A stretch of 64,000 nucleotides of DNA, filler included, from 4 parts of 4 records of this genome joined end to end with filler, not necessarily neighbours in it; one strand, 5' to 3'. Shown: positions 39,898 through 52,706, numbered from the whole stretch's first letter. Translations and numbers: made by a program. The notes: generated by a model not told the origin, from the letters alone.

Positions 39898-40401
39898 GCT
39901 CCGTGGCTTTTTTTTACATCCGGGTAAAATCTTACAAATTCAATTTTTTTTTCAGACAGAAACTGAATTTACCGGTTTTTGAAAATCGAACTACTATTCT
40001 TCCCATTTAAGTCCATTTTTATCGCATTTGCTTGATTATTTCTTATTCATAAATTAAATTTAAAAGAAAAATCATTTGAACTAAATTTATAAAACAAACA
40101 ATTTAAAGTCATACTCTGCTTCTATCATAAATCAGTTCCTGAAATTTCATGAATAACTGAAGTTAAAAAGTAAAGGAGGTACAAATCTGAAAAATGACAA
40201 AGTTAATTACTAAACAAGTCGATTAAGGCATTAAAAATGCAAATGCAGGCAAAGTACCAGGCCGCATTTACGAGTACTATTCCAAAAGCAGAAAATAAAT
40301 AATTATCTGTAAAAATGAATTGTAAGCAAACTGAGCGAAAACTGGAAAATAATTCTTAATTTGAAAATGGTGAAAAAATGTAAAATTTAAAGACTGAAAT
40401 T

Positions 40402-41538
<1,137 letters not shown>

Positions 41539-41601
41539 TTATGGGGTTCATTCCGTTGAAGCAAATATCTATTACTAAATAAAAAATCAAAAACAATTAT
41601 T

Positions 41602-42897
41602 ATGAAAAAACTAATCTTGTTAATTTTAATTCTTTCGGTTGGAGGAATTGTTAAAGCACAAGACTGGCCGCAATACCTAGGCCCCGACAGAAACAGTACG
41701 TCACCTCAAAAAAATATTATACGCTCCTGGCCCGAATCAGGTCCTGAAATTTTATGGACAGCCAATGTTGGATTTGGAAATGGAGGAACAGTTGTTAAAG
41801 ATGGGAAAGTGTATCTCCTCGACAGAGACGATGAAGTTGGTGATATAATGCGTTGTTTTAGCCTTTCCAATGGCGAAGAACTTTGGAATTTTGGTTACGA
41901 TTCACCGGGAACAGTTAGATTCCAAGGGTCAAGAAGTGTTCCGCTGGTCGATGATAAATACGTGTACTCTTGCGGACACAATGGTGAAGTTTATTGTATT
42001 GATATAAATACCCACAAACCGGTTTGGAATAAAAACATCTGGACTGATTATGGTGGTGAAGCAATTCCTACCTGGGCAATTGTTCAGATTCCACTGGTTT
42101 ACAACGATTTGTTAATTCTTGCATCTCAGGCTCCTGATGCCGGTGTTGTTGCATACGACAAAGCAACCGGCGAATTAAAATGGAAAACACCATCGCTGGG
42201 CGGTGTTGGCTATGTAAGTCCGGCTTTAGTGAAAATCGACAACGAAGACCATGTTGTAATGATAACTGCAGCCGACAGAAGAGCAGGCACTGGAAGCAAT
42301 GTGGTTGGTTTAGACCCGGAAAGTGGAAAAACGTTATGGGAATACACCGGCTGGTCGTGTATTATTCCTGCTCCCAACGCTGTAGATGCCGGAGAAAACA
42401 AAGTACTTATAACAGGTGCTTACGAAGCTGGAACAGCTATGATAAAAGTGGAAAAGAACTCCGACAACAGTTATAAAGTAACGGAACTTTTTAAGAATGT
42501 CGACTTTGGAGCACACACAAAACCACCTGTTTTCCATGAAGGATATTATTATGCACAATACGGAACAAATAACCGCCGCGACGGACTGGTCTGTATGAGC
42601 ATGGATGGTGAAGTAATGTGGAAAACTGGTCGCGAACCCAGTTTTAACAAAGGCAGTATGATTTTAGCCGATGGTTTGATTTTTGCAACCGACGGCGATA
42701 AAACGTTGTATTTAATTGAACCCGATCCTTCCGGATTTAAACCAATTGCGTCGGCTGAAGTTCTTGAAATAGCGGCTGATTTAGCTGAACAGGAAAGATA
42801 CGGAAACCAAAACTGGGCACCAATTGCACTTGCCGAAGGTAAACTAATCATACGCGATCAAAGTCAGCTGGTTTGTGTAAAAGTTGCTGAACAATAA
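41602..42897 (+). CDS. PQQ-type (BamB-like) beta-propeller exported protein, third paralogue
   Basis: DWPQYLGP...NWAPIALAEGKL, closely similar to 34036-35427. Confidence 0.88.
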   Translation: MKKLILLILILSVGGIVKAQDWPQYLGPDRNSTSPQKNIIRSWPESGPEILWTANVGFGNGGTVVKDGKVYLLDRDDEVGDIMRCFSLSNGEELWNFGYDSPGTVRFQGSRSVPLVDDKYVYSCGHNGEVYCIDINTHKPVWNKNIWTDYGGEAIPTWAIVQIPLVYNDLLILASQAPDAGVVAYDKATGELKWKTPSLGGVGYVSPALVKIDNEDHVVMITAADRRAGTGSNVVGLDPESGKTLWEYTGWSCIIPAPNAVDAGENKVLITGAYEAGTAMIKVEKNSDNSYKVTELFKNVDFGAHTKPPVFHEGYYYAQYGTNNRRDGLVCMSMDGEVMWKTGREPSFNKGSMILADGLIFATDGDKTLYLIEPDPSGFKPIASAEVLEIAADLAEQERYGNQNWAPIALAEGKLIIRDQSQLVCVKVAEQ

Positions 42898-42959
42898 ATC
42901 ATTACAACTGTTATGTAACCTGTATATTTATGGTGCATTTTTAATTAAAAAACTATCGG

Positions 42960-43418
42960 ATGGCAATCTTTAATTTAAATATTAATGGAAAAAACCAACA
43001 GGTTGATGTTGATCCTTCCACTCCCTTACTTTGGGTGCTCAGGGATCATTTAAAACTCACCGGGACCAAATATGGCTGTGGCGTTGCACAATGTGGTGCA
43101 TGCACCATTCATCTCGATGGTGAGGCTGTTCGTTCATGTATAACTTTTGTCGATTCTGTTGGAGATAAAAAAATCACCACTATTGAAGGGCTCTCAGAAA
43201 ACGGAGATCATCCTGTACAAAAAGCCTGGTTAGAGCACGATGTAGCCCAGTGTGGCTATTGTCAGCCCGGGCAAATTATGTCTGCTACAGCTCTGTTAAA
43301 TAAAAATCCTAATCCTACTGACGAAGAAATTTCATCAGAAATGGCAGGAAATATTTGCAGGTGCGGAACTTATACCAGGATAAAAAAAGCCATTAAAACA
43401 GCAGCTAATTCAAAATAA
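42960..43418 (+). CDS. (2Fe-2S) subunit, isoquinoline 1-oxidoreductase alpha-like
   Basis: [19 protein letters not shown] and NICRCGTY motifs. Confidence 0.93.
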   Translation: MAIFNLNINGKNQQVDVDPSTPLLWVLRDHLKLTGTKYGCGVAQCGACTIHLDGEAVRSCITFVDSVGDKKITTIEGLSENGDHPVQKAWLEHDVAQCGYCQPGQIMSATALLNKNPNPTDEEISSEMAGNICRCGTYTRIKKAIKTAANSK

Positions 43419-43427
43419 AAGAATAAT

Positions 43428-45677
43428 ATGGGAATCGAAGAAACTACATTTGGAAGACGCTCCTTTATAAAAAGTGCAGCAATGGCCGGTGGCGGTCTCA
43501 TGCTTGGATTCAGTTGGTTTGCTTCTGGCAGTTCCTCTAAAGGAGATTCGTCTGTAATGGCAGGAGAAGAGGTCGAATTCAACGCTTTTCTGAAAATTGG
43601 GGAAGATGGTCAAGTTACAATCCAGTCACCAAATCCTGAAGGAGGGCAAAATGTAATTACCTCGATGCCCATGATTGTTGCCGAAGAACTGGATGTAAAC
43701 TGGAAAAATGTTGTTGTTCAGCAAGCTCCGTTAAATACTGAATTGTATACGCGCCAATATATGGGAGGCAGCAATTCTATTCGCTCTGGTTGGAATAGCC
43801 TGAGAAATGCCGGTGCTACTGCCCGGCAAATGCTTAAAGAAGCTGCTGCTCAGGAATGGCAGGTACCGGTTGAAGAGGTGGAAACAAACCAGGGAACATT
43901 AATTCATAAAAAGAGCGGAAAATCGGTAACTTATGGTGAAATGGCTGCTGCCGCCGCTAAAATTCCAGTCCCTGAAAATGTAGAACTCAAAAGCTTCAGC
44001 GATTTCAACATAATTGGTACCTCCCAAAAAAATGTCGATGGACTGAAAATTGTTTCCGGAAAACAGGAATTTGGAATTGATATTCAGGAAGAAGGGATGC
44101 TAATTGCAATGATTGTGCATCCGCCGGCTTTTGGAATGAAATTAAAATCGTTCAGCGAGTCGTCGGTAAAATCGATGCCCGGAATAAAAGATGTTTTTAA
44201 AATAAAAGTTCTTGACGATGAATACGTAAGAGAACATTTCGACACCGTTACTTTTAATGAACTGGTCGCCATTGTTGGAAATTCCACCTGGGAAGTGATG
44301 AACGCGAAGCTTTTGCTGGAAGTAGAATGGGAGCAAATTTCAGATCACACCATTACAAGAAATGATTATTATGCCGGAAAAGAAACGGTAAATATTCCCT
44401 CAAAACTGGAAAATACATCCGACTATTTAAATAAAATGGCGGAATTCGCTGCAAAACCCGGAAATGTTCTTCGCAAAGACGGAGACCCCGAAGCAGCTTT
44501 TAAAAATGCCGCAAAAGTTATTGAGCGTACTTATACAGGTCCTTTCTTAGCGCACAATAACATGGAACCATTTGCTTTCTTTGCACATGTAACCGATGAA
44601 ATGGCAAAATTTAAAGGGCCAATTCAAAAGCCCCAGTTAACTGAACAGGCACTTTCTGTAAGGATGGGAATCCCGGTCGAAAAGATCGATATTCAAATGA
44701 CAAGAATGGGTGGAGCATTTGGACGGCGTTCTTATGCACACTGGCTGATTGAAGCAGCGCTTATTTCCCAAAAAGTAAAAGCACCCGTTAAACTTATGTA
44801 CTCCCGCGAAGACGATATGACAGGAGGAATTTACCGGCCTGCTTACAGCACAACATACCGCGCAGCCCTTGATGAAAATAATAATATGATTGCTTACCAT
44901 GTGAAAGCAGGAGGAATTCCCAGTTCACCGCTCATTAATCCAAATCTGTATCCGGCAGGAACGGTCGACAATTACCTTGCAGAAAGCTGGTCAATAGAAT
45001 CAAATATTACCGAAGGTTCGTACCGGGCGCCTCGTTCGAATTTTAATGCAGTAGCCGAAGAAAGTTTTCTCGATGAAGTAGCTGAAGCGGCAGGAAAAGA
45101 TCCTTTTGATTTCCGCCTGGAACTGCTCGAACGTGCTCAGAAAAATCCGGTTGGCGAACGCAACAATTACGATGCTGTGCGTTATGCAGGAGTTTTAAAA
45201 TTACTTCGTGAAAAATCAGATTGGGACAAAAAACAACCTGATGTACACAGGGGGCTTGCTGTTTATTACAGTCATGGAAGTTATGCGGCACATGTTCTGG
45301 ATATGAAAATCGAAAATGGAAAACCGGTTACAAAAAAAGTAAACAGTGCTGTAGATTGCGGAATTGTAATCAATCCCGACAGCCTAAAAAACCAGATTGA
45401 GGGAAGTATTGTTGATGGGATAGGTGTGGCCATGTACGGTGGGTTAACTTTTTCTGAAGGTGCGCCTGATCAAAATAACTTCGACAGTTACCAATTGATT
45501 CGATATGGAGATGCACTTTTACCCGATTCAATAAATGTACATATTGTTCAAAGCAAAGTAAATCCGACTGGCATGGGAGAACCGGCTTTCCCTCCAATTA
45601 TGGGAGCTCTTGCCAATGCTTTGTACAGAACAACCGGAAAACGACATTATAATCAGCCATTCAATACAGGTTCATAA
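43428..45677 (+). CDS. Molybdopterin-binding subunit, xanthine dehydrogenase/IorB family
   Basis: Tat motif RRSFIK, PEGGQN, GGAFGRR, AVDCG and GMGEP. Confidence 0.92.
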   Translation: MGIEETTFGRRSFIKSAAMAGGGLMLGFSWFASGSSSKGDSSVMAGEEVEFNAFLKIGEDGQVTIQSPNPEGGQNVITSMPMIVAEELDVNWKNVVVQQAPLNTELYTRQYMGGSNSIRSGWNSLRNAGATARQMLKEAAAQEWQVPVEEVETNQGTLIHKKSGKSVTYGEMAAAAAKIPVPENVELKSFSDFNIIGTSQKNVDGLKIVSGKQEFGIDIQEEGMLIAMIVHPPAFGMKLKSFSESSVKSMPGIKDVFKIKVLDDEYVREHFDTVTFNELVAIVGNSTWEVMNAKLLLEVEWEQISDHTITRNDYYAGKETVNIPSKLENTSDYLNKMAEFAAKPGNVLRKDGDPEAAFKNAAKVIERTYTGPFLAHNNMEPFAFFAHVTDEMAKFKGPIQKPQLTEQALSVRMGIPVEKIDIQMTRMGGAFGRRSYAHWLIEAALISQKVKAPVKLMYSREDDMTGGIYRPAYSTTYRAALDENNNMIAYHVKAGGIPSSPLINPNLYPAGTVDNYLAESWSIESNITEGSYRAPRSNFNAVAEESFLDEVAEAAGKDPFDFRLELLERAQKNPVGERNNYDAVRYAGVLKLLREKSDWDKKQPDVHRGLAVYYSHGSYAAHVLDMKIENGKPVTKKVNSAVDCGIVINPDSLKNQIEGSIVDGIGVAMYGGLTFSEGAPDQNNFDSYQLIRYGDALLPDSINVHIVQSKVNPTGMGEPAFPPIMGALANALYRTTGKRHYNQPFNTGS

Positions 45678-45747
45678 TAAATAAAAAATTATCATTTTAC
45701 TTTCAAATTACTATTTTTACATAAAAAAATAAACAATCCGGGAAATT

Positions 45748-46320
45748 TTGGAAGATAAAAATCTTTGGAAAAACATTAGGCAAGGAGATAGAAAAGCACT
45801 CAAAGAGCTGCATAATAAGTATTTTAACCAAATGTATCTTTATGCCCAAAAAACAACTATTGATTCGGGAGTTGCTGAAGAATTAGTTTCTGATTGTTTT
45901 ATAAAGATTTGGGAAAACAGAAAAAAAATAGAAATTAAACATTCTGTTAAGCATTATATATTTTTAATATTACGAAATAGTTTAATTGACCATTTCAGAA
46001 AAAAAAGCATAATTACCGAATCTATTGAAAATATTAATATTCCCGGTGATGAAGATTATTTTGACAACCAGAAACAATATGCTTCATTATACTCATTACT
46101 TCATAAACTACCAGAACAAAGACGTAAAGTATTAGAATTGGCTGTTTTCGAGTCATTCACATATAATGAAATAGCTCAAAAACTTAACATTTCCAAAAAT
46201 ACAGTAAAAACACAAATTGGCAGGGCATACCGCTTTTTAAAAGAAAACCTCGACCCAAAAGATTTCTATTTTTTTTACTTTCTTCATTCTCCGGAAAAGG
46301 AAATGTGCAGTATTATATAA
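45748..46320 (+). CDS. ECF sigma-70 factor (Bacteroidota FecI-like)
   Basis: AEELVSDCFIKIWE, LPEQRRKV and EIAQKLNISKNTVKTQ motifs. Confidence 0.92.
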   Translation: MEDKNLWKNIRQGDRKALKELHNKYFNQMYLYAQKTTIDSGVAEELVSDCFIKIWENRKKIEIKHSVKHYIFLILRNSLIDHFRKKSIITESIENINIPGDEDYFDNQKQYASLYSLLHKLPEQRRKVLELAVFESFTYNEIAQKLNISKNTVKTQIGRAYRFLKENLDPKDFYFFYFLHSPEKEMCSII

Positions 46321-46346
46321 AAAACTAAAAAATAAATAACTTTTCT

Positions 46347-46377
46347 GTCACCCTCTTTAATCCCTTTATACGTCATA
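46347..46377 (+). promoter_or_regulatory. Putative ECF-sigma promoter of the fecR-susCD operon
   Basis: GTCACCC-N17-CGTCATA between the sigma and anti-sigma genes, an ECF-like -35/-10 arrangement. Confidence 0.5.
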
Positions 46378-46473
46378 TAAAAGAGAAAAAGTAGACTAGA
46401 AGAGTAGATCTGGTTTAGTAATGGGATGGTAGGAAATGGGCCATCCCATTAATTCAACAACTTATGAAAAAAA

Positions 46474-47475
46474 ATGAAAGAGCAAGATATATTTTGGAAT
46501 CTTACAGCCGCTAAAATCTTTAATGAATTAAATCCCGATGAAGAAAATCATTTAAAACAATTGCTCGGGGAAGATGAAAACCAAAAGATTTATGAAAAAA
46601 CAAATAAAATTCATCAAGGATTAAAAAAGAGTCAACCTTTACAAAGTGCATCCCCAAAACGCTCATGGAAAAAAGTTTCCCGTAAAATTAATGCTCGCAA
46701 AATCCACCTGCTTAACACAGTCTTAAAATATGCAGCTATAATAATCCTGGCATTTTTAGCTGGTAAAGAAATTAAATCAAAAATTTCTACACCTCCCCAA
46801 ATTCCCGAAACAATAATATATACAGAACTAAAAGTCCCACTCGGGCAAATGTCGGAGGTTACGCTTAGCGATGGCTCACAGATTTGGCTAAATTCCGGAA
46901 CAATATTAAAATATCCCAATACTTTTGGAGTAAACAGTCGAAATGTTTTTCTTGATGGAGAAGCTTATTTTGAAATTCAGAAAAGCAACATTCCTTTCAA
47001 AGTAAAATTAAAAAACAGCGAAATTGAAGTATTAGGGACTTCTTTCAGTGCCATATCTTATGCCGATATGAATACGAGCCAGGTAACTTTGGTTGAAGGT
47101 TCAGTTCAAATAAATAGTTTGAGAGGAACAGAACTGGCAAAAATTAATCCGGAAGAACAAATTACAATTCCCGACGACTTAAGTAAACTAAACATAAAAA
47201 AAGTAGAAACCGATTTTTATAGCAGCTGGACTGAAGGCAAAATAGTATTTAACGAAGAACGGTTGGCTGATATCGCTTTCAGACTTGAACGCTGGTATAA
47301 TGTTGAAATTAACTTTGCAAGCGAGGCTGCAGGTAATTTAAGATTTTCAGGAACCATATTAAAAAATAAACCTTTCGACCAGATTACAAAAGCAATTGGC
47401 CTATTGTTGCCGATAAACATTAAATATCAAAATAATTTAGGAGAAAAAGATATAATAACCATTTCCAAAAAATAA
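46474..47475 (+). CDS. FecR-family anti-sigma factor
   Basis: One TM helix, LSDGSQIWLNSGT, LDGEAYF, VLGTSF and LERWYNV. Confidence 0.93.
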   Translation: MKEQDIFWNLTAAKIFNELNPDEENHLKQLLGEDENQKIYEKTNKIHQGLKKSQPLQSASPKRSWKKVSRKINARKIHLLNTVLKYAAIIILAFLAGKEIKSKISTPPQIPETIIYTELKVPLGQMSEVTLSDGSQIWLNSGTILKYPNTFGVNSRNVFLDGEAYFEIQKSNIPFKVKLKNSEIEVLGTSFSAISYADMNTSQVTLVEGSVQINSLRGTELAKINPEEQITIPDDLSKLNIKKVETDFYSSWTEGKIVFNEERLADIAFRLERWYNVEINFASEAAGNLRFSGTILKNKPFDQITKAIGLLLPINIKYQNNLGEKDIITISKK

Positions 47476-47587
47476 ATGCCTATGTAAAATGTATTGTCTA
47501 CTTTGTAAAAACGGCGAATATGCGCCACATATCCGCCGTTTACCGATTAAAACAAAATTGTAATAATCATTTAAAACATTCAAATTT

Positions 47588-50500
47588 ATGAAAAAACAAT
47601 CAAACCGGGCTGTTTTAAACCGGCCTTTGAAAAAACTTTTACTAAAAATGAAATTGACATTGGTGATATTTCTAATTTCCCTTGTTAGTGTAAGTGCTTC
47701 AGTGTACTCGCAAAGCACAAGGTTAACAATCAATTTCAATGATAAAAACATTGTTGATTTGTTTAAAGAGATTGAAGAAAAAAGCGATTTCTACTTTTTC
47801 TATCAACAGGAAGATTTAAAAGAAATCGGTGACATTTCTATTAATGAAGAAAATGCCACGGTGATGGAAATTCTTGACGATATTTTGCAGGAAACTTCGC
47901 TGAACTACAAAATTGTCGACCGTTATATCATTATAAGAGAAGAAGGGAGCCGTTTCGGAGATAATATAATATCGGCGGAACAAAAATCGGTCAGTGGTAA
48001 AGTACTTGATTCGTCGGGGCAACCACTACCTGGTGTAACCGTTGTTATAAAAGGAACTACCAACGGAACCATTACTGATTTTGACGGTAATTATACCATT
48101 TCAGGAATTCCAGACGATGCCGTTCTCCAATTTTCTTTTGTGGGGATGAAACTTCAGGAAGTAACAGTTGGACAGCAAACAACCATTAATATTACACTGG
48201 AAGAAGAAACCATTGGAATTGAAGAAGTGGTAGCCATTGGTTATGGTGTTCAGAAAAAAAGCAATATAACCGGTGCAATTGCATCTGTTGATGCAGAAGA
48301 AATGCAAAACCGTTCTGTAAATAATGCTGGACAAGCCATGCAAGGTAAAGTATCAGGGGTACAAATCATGAATATGTCAAGTGCTCCCGGTGCCGATCCT
48401 ACCTTTAGGGTAAGGGGTTACTCAAGCAATAGTGCTAATTCTGATCCACTCTACATCGTCGATGGATTGAAAGTTGAAAGTATAAGTTACCTGGATCCTT
48501 CCAGCATTGAATCTATTGAAGTGTTAAAAGATGCTGCGTCTGCAGCGATTTATGGAGCTGAAGCTGGTAATGGCGTTGTTCTTGTAACAACGCGCGAAGG
48601 TAGTAAAACAGCAAGCCGGTTCTTTTTTAATTCATTATATGCAAGCCAGAATCCAAGTAAGAAATTGGATTTTATGACTGGTGATCAGTTTACATCCTAT
48701 TGGCAGGAAGCTGGTTACCCTGCATCATCATTTCAAGGTGCAAACACTGATTGGCAGGATGTGATGTTTGAAACAGGACAAAGAATGACCCACACCATTG
48801 GTTTTGAGGGTGGATCTGAAAAGTCAACTTTTTATGCAGCTTTAACATATAACGGAGAAGACGGTATGATTGTAGGCGATCAAGATACCTACAAACGTAT
48901 TGCCGGTCAAATCAATGCTACGTATCAAGTTAATGATTGGTTGAAAATTGGGACTAATACCTCAATTGAAAGAGCCGAGACTGTCAGTGTTTCTGCCAAT
49001 AACATGACTTCTACCGGAAGTGTGATTGGGGGAGCTTACTTTTTTGATCCAACCGTTCCTGTAAACTATACAAATGATGCAGATGCCCCTGTTGGACTTG
49101 GCCAGCTCGAATATGAAGCGGGCGGAGGATATATTGATCGCAGCGCTGATGGATTGTTATATGGTGAATCAATATTAATGCAATCCAATTTATGGAACCC
49201 GATATTGATGAAAGATAACTATACCAATGAATCATGGAGATCAAATATTAACGGTTCAGTATATGCGGAAGTCACACCTATTAAAGGTCTCATTTATACT
49301 TCAAGGCTTGGTTACCGTTTTGGAACGAATATGGTTTCCAACTATACCAGTGCTTTTTACCACAATACAAGTCAGAACCGTGCGCGTGGAGGTCTGGATG
49401 CAGAAGCTACGCATAATTTCTATTATCAGTGGGAGAACTTCGTTAACTACGCTTTTTCTGTTGGAAGTCATGATTTTACTGCCATGGCCGGTATGCAATA
49501 TGTAAATGACAATAATTCTTTTGTGTCGGGTAATAGTGCATTGCTGGCAAGTGATGAGCCAAATTATCGTTACCTGGATTATTCTGACGCTGCTGCAACT
49601 GATGGAGTTGGCGGAAATAATATTGATAGTCGTAGCATGTCATATTTTGGAAGATTAGACTGGAATTATGAAGGCAAATACATGTTGCAGGGAACTTTCC
49701 GTGCAGATGCTTTCGATGCATCTAAATTGGCACCTGAAAATCGCTGGGGATATTTTCCGGCATTTTCAGCAGGTTGGGATATTTCAAAAGAAGGCTTTGT
49801 TCAGGATTTAAACCTGGGCTTTTTAAACCAATTTAAAGTTCGTGGTTCATGGGGTATAAACGGTAATGTTACTGTATTGAATAACTATCCATATTCACCT
49901 TCCCTATCGCTGGGAGATTCATATTACAGCTTTAGCAATCAATTAGTATCTGGTGCATTACCTGCTAACCAACTTCCAAATCCTGAACTTGTTTGGGAAA
50001 GATCAAAACAAACCGACATTGGTTTTGATAGCCGTTTCCTTAACGACAGATTAACACTTAACTTAGATTATTTCATTAAAACCACTGATGGACTTCTGGC
50101 TACAGGCCCTGCTCCTGTAGTTTCAGGCACCAGTACAGTAATGAGAAATAGCGGTAAAATTGAAAACCGTGGTTTGGAAATTGATCTGGGATGGAAAGGC
50201 CAATTTGGCGATTTTAAATACAATATTGTAGGTAACTTCTCTACAGTGAAAAATGAAGTTGTCGAAAGTCCATATGGTGAAGGCCGCCAGTATGGTGGTG
50301 GAGCATTCATCGCTGGTTTCGTTGGAGGAGGAGGAACCTACTTTGAAAAAGGTTACCCTATCTGGTATCTCAGAGGTCGTGTTCTTGACCACTATGATGA
50401 ATCCACAGGACTGCCTGTATGGAAAACAGCTGAAGAGTTAGGTACCGATGACGGAATGGATTATTTGGGTTCAGTTATTCCTGATTTTTCTTACGGTTTT

Positions 50501-51001
50501 ACATTTTCAGCCGAATACAAAGGTATTGATCTAAGGGTGTTTGGAATGGGTCAGCGAGGTAGTGAACTTAGTTGGGCCATTACAAGATTTGATCTTCCGA
50601 TAATGAATTACCCTATAATGCTGTTTGAAGATCGTTGGACTCCATCAACCCCTAATGCTACTTATGCTTCCCCTCAAGTTTATACAACTGGCCCGGCAGT
50701 AGCTGCATACGGTGGATCTGATGTATTTGTCTATGATAATTCATTTTTCAAAATCAAAGAAATCCAGCTAGGTTATTCCTTGCCATCGGATTTAATCAGC
50801 CGTATGAAGATTTCTCAAATGAGGGTTTATGTATCTCTGGAGAATTATTTCACTTTTACAGATTATCCTGGTGTTGATCCTGAATCAATGGCTGGCGTTA
50901 CAGCCGGTGACGATCCTAACTTAGCCGGTGGTATGGGAATCGACAGGATTCAGTATCCATCGATGAAGCAGGCAACATTCGGTATTAATGTATCATTTTA
51001 A
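47588..51001 (+). CDS. susC: SusC/RagA TonB-dependent transporter with N-terminal STN signalling domain
   Basis: STN extension, EVVAIGYG, PLYIVDG, VLKDAASAAIYG and a terminal F. Confidence 0.96.
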   Translation: MKKQSNRAVLNRPLKKLLLKMKLTLVIFLISLVSVSASVYSQSTRLTINFNDKNIVDLFKEIEEKSDFYFFYQQEDLKEIGDISINEENATVMEILDDILQETSLNYKIVDRYIIIREEGSRFGDNIISAEQKSVSGKVLDSSGQPLPGVTVVIKGTTNGTITDFDGNYTISGIPDDAVLQFSFVGMKLQEVTVGQQTTINITLEEETIGIEEVVAIGYGVQKKSNITGAIASVDAEEMQNRSVNNAGQAMQGKVSGVQIMNMSSAPGADPTFRVRGYSSNSANSDPLYIVDGLKVESISYLDPSSIESIEVLKDAASAAIYGAEAGNGVVLVTTREGSKTASRFFFNSLYASQNPSKKLDFMTGDQFTSYWQEAGYPASSFQGANTDWQDVMFETGQRMTHTIGFEGGSEKSTFYAALTYNGEDGMIVGDQDTYKRIAGQINATYQVNDWLKIGTNTSIERAETVSVSANNMTSTGSVIGGAYFFDPTVPVNYTNDADAPVGLGQLEYEAGGGYIDRSADGLLYGESILMQSNLWNPILMKDNYTNESWRSNINGSVYAEVTPIKGLIYTSRLGYRFGTNMVSNYTSAFYHNTSQNRARGGLDAEATHNFYYQWENFVNYAFSVGSHDFTAMAGMQYVNDNNSFVSGNSALLASDEPNYRYLDYSDAAATDGVGGNNIDSRSMSYFGRLDWNYEGKYMLQGTFRADAFDASKLAPENRWGYFPAFSAGWDISKEGFVQDLNLGFLNQFKVRGSWGINGNVTVLNNYPYSPSLSLGDSYYSFSNQLVSGALPANQLPNPELVWERSKQTDIGFDSRFLNDRLTLNLDYFIKTTDGLLATGPAPVVSGTSTVMRNSGKIENRGLEIDLGWKGQFGDFKYNIVGNFSTVKNEVVESPYGEGRQYGGGAFIAGFVGGGGTYFEKGYPIWYLRGRVLDHYDESTGLPVWKTAEELGTDDGMDYLGSVIPDFSYGFTFSAEYKGIDLRVFGMGQRGSELSWAITRFDLPIMNYPIMLFEDRWTPSTPNATYASPQVYTTGPAVAAYGGSDVFVYDNSFFKIKEIQLGYSLPSDLISRMKISQMRVYVSLENYFTFTDYPGVDPESMAGVTAGDDPNLAGGMGIDRIQYPSMKQATFGINVSF

Positions 51002-51028
51002 CCAATTAAATTAATAGAGATAAAAACT

Positions 51029-52636
51029 ATGAAAAAGATAATATCATCAATTTTAGTTTTGTATTGCGGGATGTTTTTGCTGAATTCCTGCAACGAGGAC
51101 CTGTTGGAAGTTCAGCAACATGGTGCGCTCAATCCAGACTCTTATTATGCGAATGCAACTGACGCAGATGCAAATCAATTAATAGCGGCCATATATACTA
51201 CGATGTTTAACATGTCGGGTAATAGTGTTACTGATGGTGATGATGGAGTTACCAGAACTGCCAATACAAATGTTAATTCACAGAATGCCGGATCAAATGG
51301 AACATTTACATCACTATACAGAGTAAATTACCTATGTAACCTTATCATCGAGAACCTGACACCAGATACTGATGTAAAAAAACAGGTAATTGGAGAAGCT
51401 TATTTTTGGCGTGCCTATGCCTATATCGATTTAATTATGGGTTGGGGAACCCCTCCGCTTGTGGATCATATATTAGCTACCGATGAATTAGAACCTGCGA
51501 ATGGAAACCCATCTGAACTTTGGGCTTATGTAGAGAACAGTTTGGCGGAAGCCATTGCTTTGCTTCCTGTAAAACCGGGTATGGGTCAGCAGCAGGCAAT
51601 CGGGGGCCGTGTAACAAAAGGTTCTGCAACTGCTGTGCTGGGGAAAGCCCAGTTGTATAAAAAAGATTATGCAGCTGCAGTTTCAACTTTACAACCACTT
51701 ATCAATTCAGGATTGTATGCTCTGGAACCTGCCTACCTTGATTTATGGCATGTCGCTTCAGACTGGAGCGATGAATACATGTGGGAATGGAACATGGATG
51801 ATGCTGATCAAGCCAATTTCGAAAACCAGGGAGATACCAGGGCAATTACCCTGACATGGAGAGCTGAAAACGTCACTGTTCCTGGCGGACTTGGAGTTTC
51901 CGGATTTGGTGGTGCCGACTACGGCAAGGACTTCTATGACTTTATGATTGCCCATGATGGAAAAAGCAATCGTTACATGGGAACAATCTGGGATTATGAA
52001 GATATCCTTGATCGTTTCGTTGAATTGGGTCTGGCTACCGATCGTACAGCAGCTATTGACGAATTCTGGGGAGCCGCACCTATCATGCAAAATTGTCGGG
52101 GTTATTTCAGAATCAAAATGGTTCCCTGGGGTCCGCATCCTGAGATTCCGGGTTGGGTGAGTGATGTATACGACTGGAATGATGCTGATGAGATTCACTC
52201 CAAAGCAAACTGGCCGGGAATGCGCTACTCAGAAGTATTGCTAATCTATGCTGAAGCCTGTTTAGGAGCAGGTACAAATACAGCAGAAGGTTTGGCAGCA
52301 ATCAATGAAGTACGAGTCAGAGCAGGAATTGCACCACTTGGATCATACAACCTTGAGGACGTAAAAGACGAAAGACGTGCTGAATTGGTGAGTGAAGGTG
52401 TGCGTTTCCAGGATTTAATCAGATGGGGTGATGCAGCCACTGAAACAGCCGGAATGGCAGCATATACTTACACTTTTGAAGGCTATGATGGTGCAACGAC
52501 CAATTACCTGGTAACACCGACAGCCGTTCCTGAGTGGAGCGACTTTGTGGTAGGTCGTGACGAACTTTTCCCGTTCCCTTATAATGAAAGGTTATTAAAT
52601 ACAAACCTTGTACAAAACCCAAATTGGGGAAATTAA
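51029..52636 (+). CDS. susD: SusD/RagB lipoprotein
   Basis: LNSC lipobox, GEAYFWRA, RYSEVLLIYAEA, ERRAEL and QNPNW. Confidence 0.95.
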   Translation: MKKIISSILVLYCGMFLLNSCNEDLLEVQQHGALNPDSYYANATDADANQLIAAIYTTMFNMSGNSVTDGDDGVTRTANTNVNSQNAGSNGTFTSLYRVNYLCNLIIENLTPDTDVKKQVIGEAYFWRAYAYIDLIMGWGTPPLVDHILATDELEPANGNPSELWAYVENSLAEAIALLPVKPGMGQQQAIGGRVTKGSATAVLGKAQLYKKDYAAAVSTLQPLINSGLYALEPAYLDLWHVASDWSDEYMWEWNMDDADQANFENQGDTRAITLTWRAENVTVPGGLGVSGFGGADYGKDFYDFMIAHDGKSNRYMGTIWDYEDILDRFVELGLATDRTAAIDEFWGAAPIMQNCRGYFRIKMVPWGPHPEIPGWVSDVYDWNDADEIHSKANWPGMRYSEVLLIYAEACLGAGTNTAEGLAAINEVRVRAGIAPLGSYNLEDVKDERRAELVSEGVRFQDLIRWGDAATETAGMAAYTYTFEGYDGATTNYLVTPTAVPEWSDFVVGRDELFPFPYNERLLNTNLVQNPNWGN

Positions 52637-52665
52637 CAGTTCAGTTTTATTCATAAGTTTACAAT

Positions 52666-52706
52666 AATACGGTAATCATGGTTTACCGTGATTACCGTAT
52701 ATTTTT
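52666..52706 (+). terminator. Rho-independent terminator
   Basis: ATACGGTAATCATGG-TTTA-CCGTGATTACCGTAT-ATTTTT. Confidence 0.8.

Noticed and set aside
39900-40400. 500-nt AT-rich intergenic region as possible ncRNA or CRISPR
   Set aside because: No periodic repeats or convincing extended structure, and no cas genes or arrays are seen anywhere in the window.
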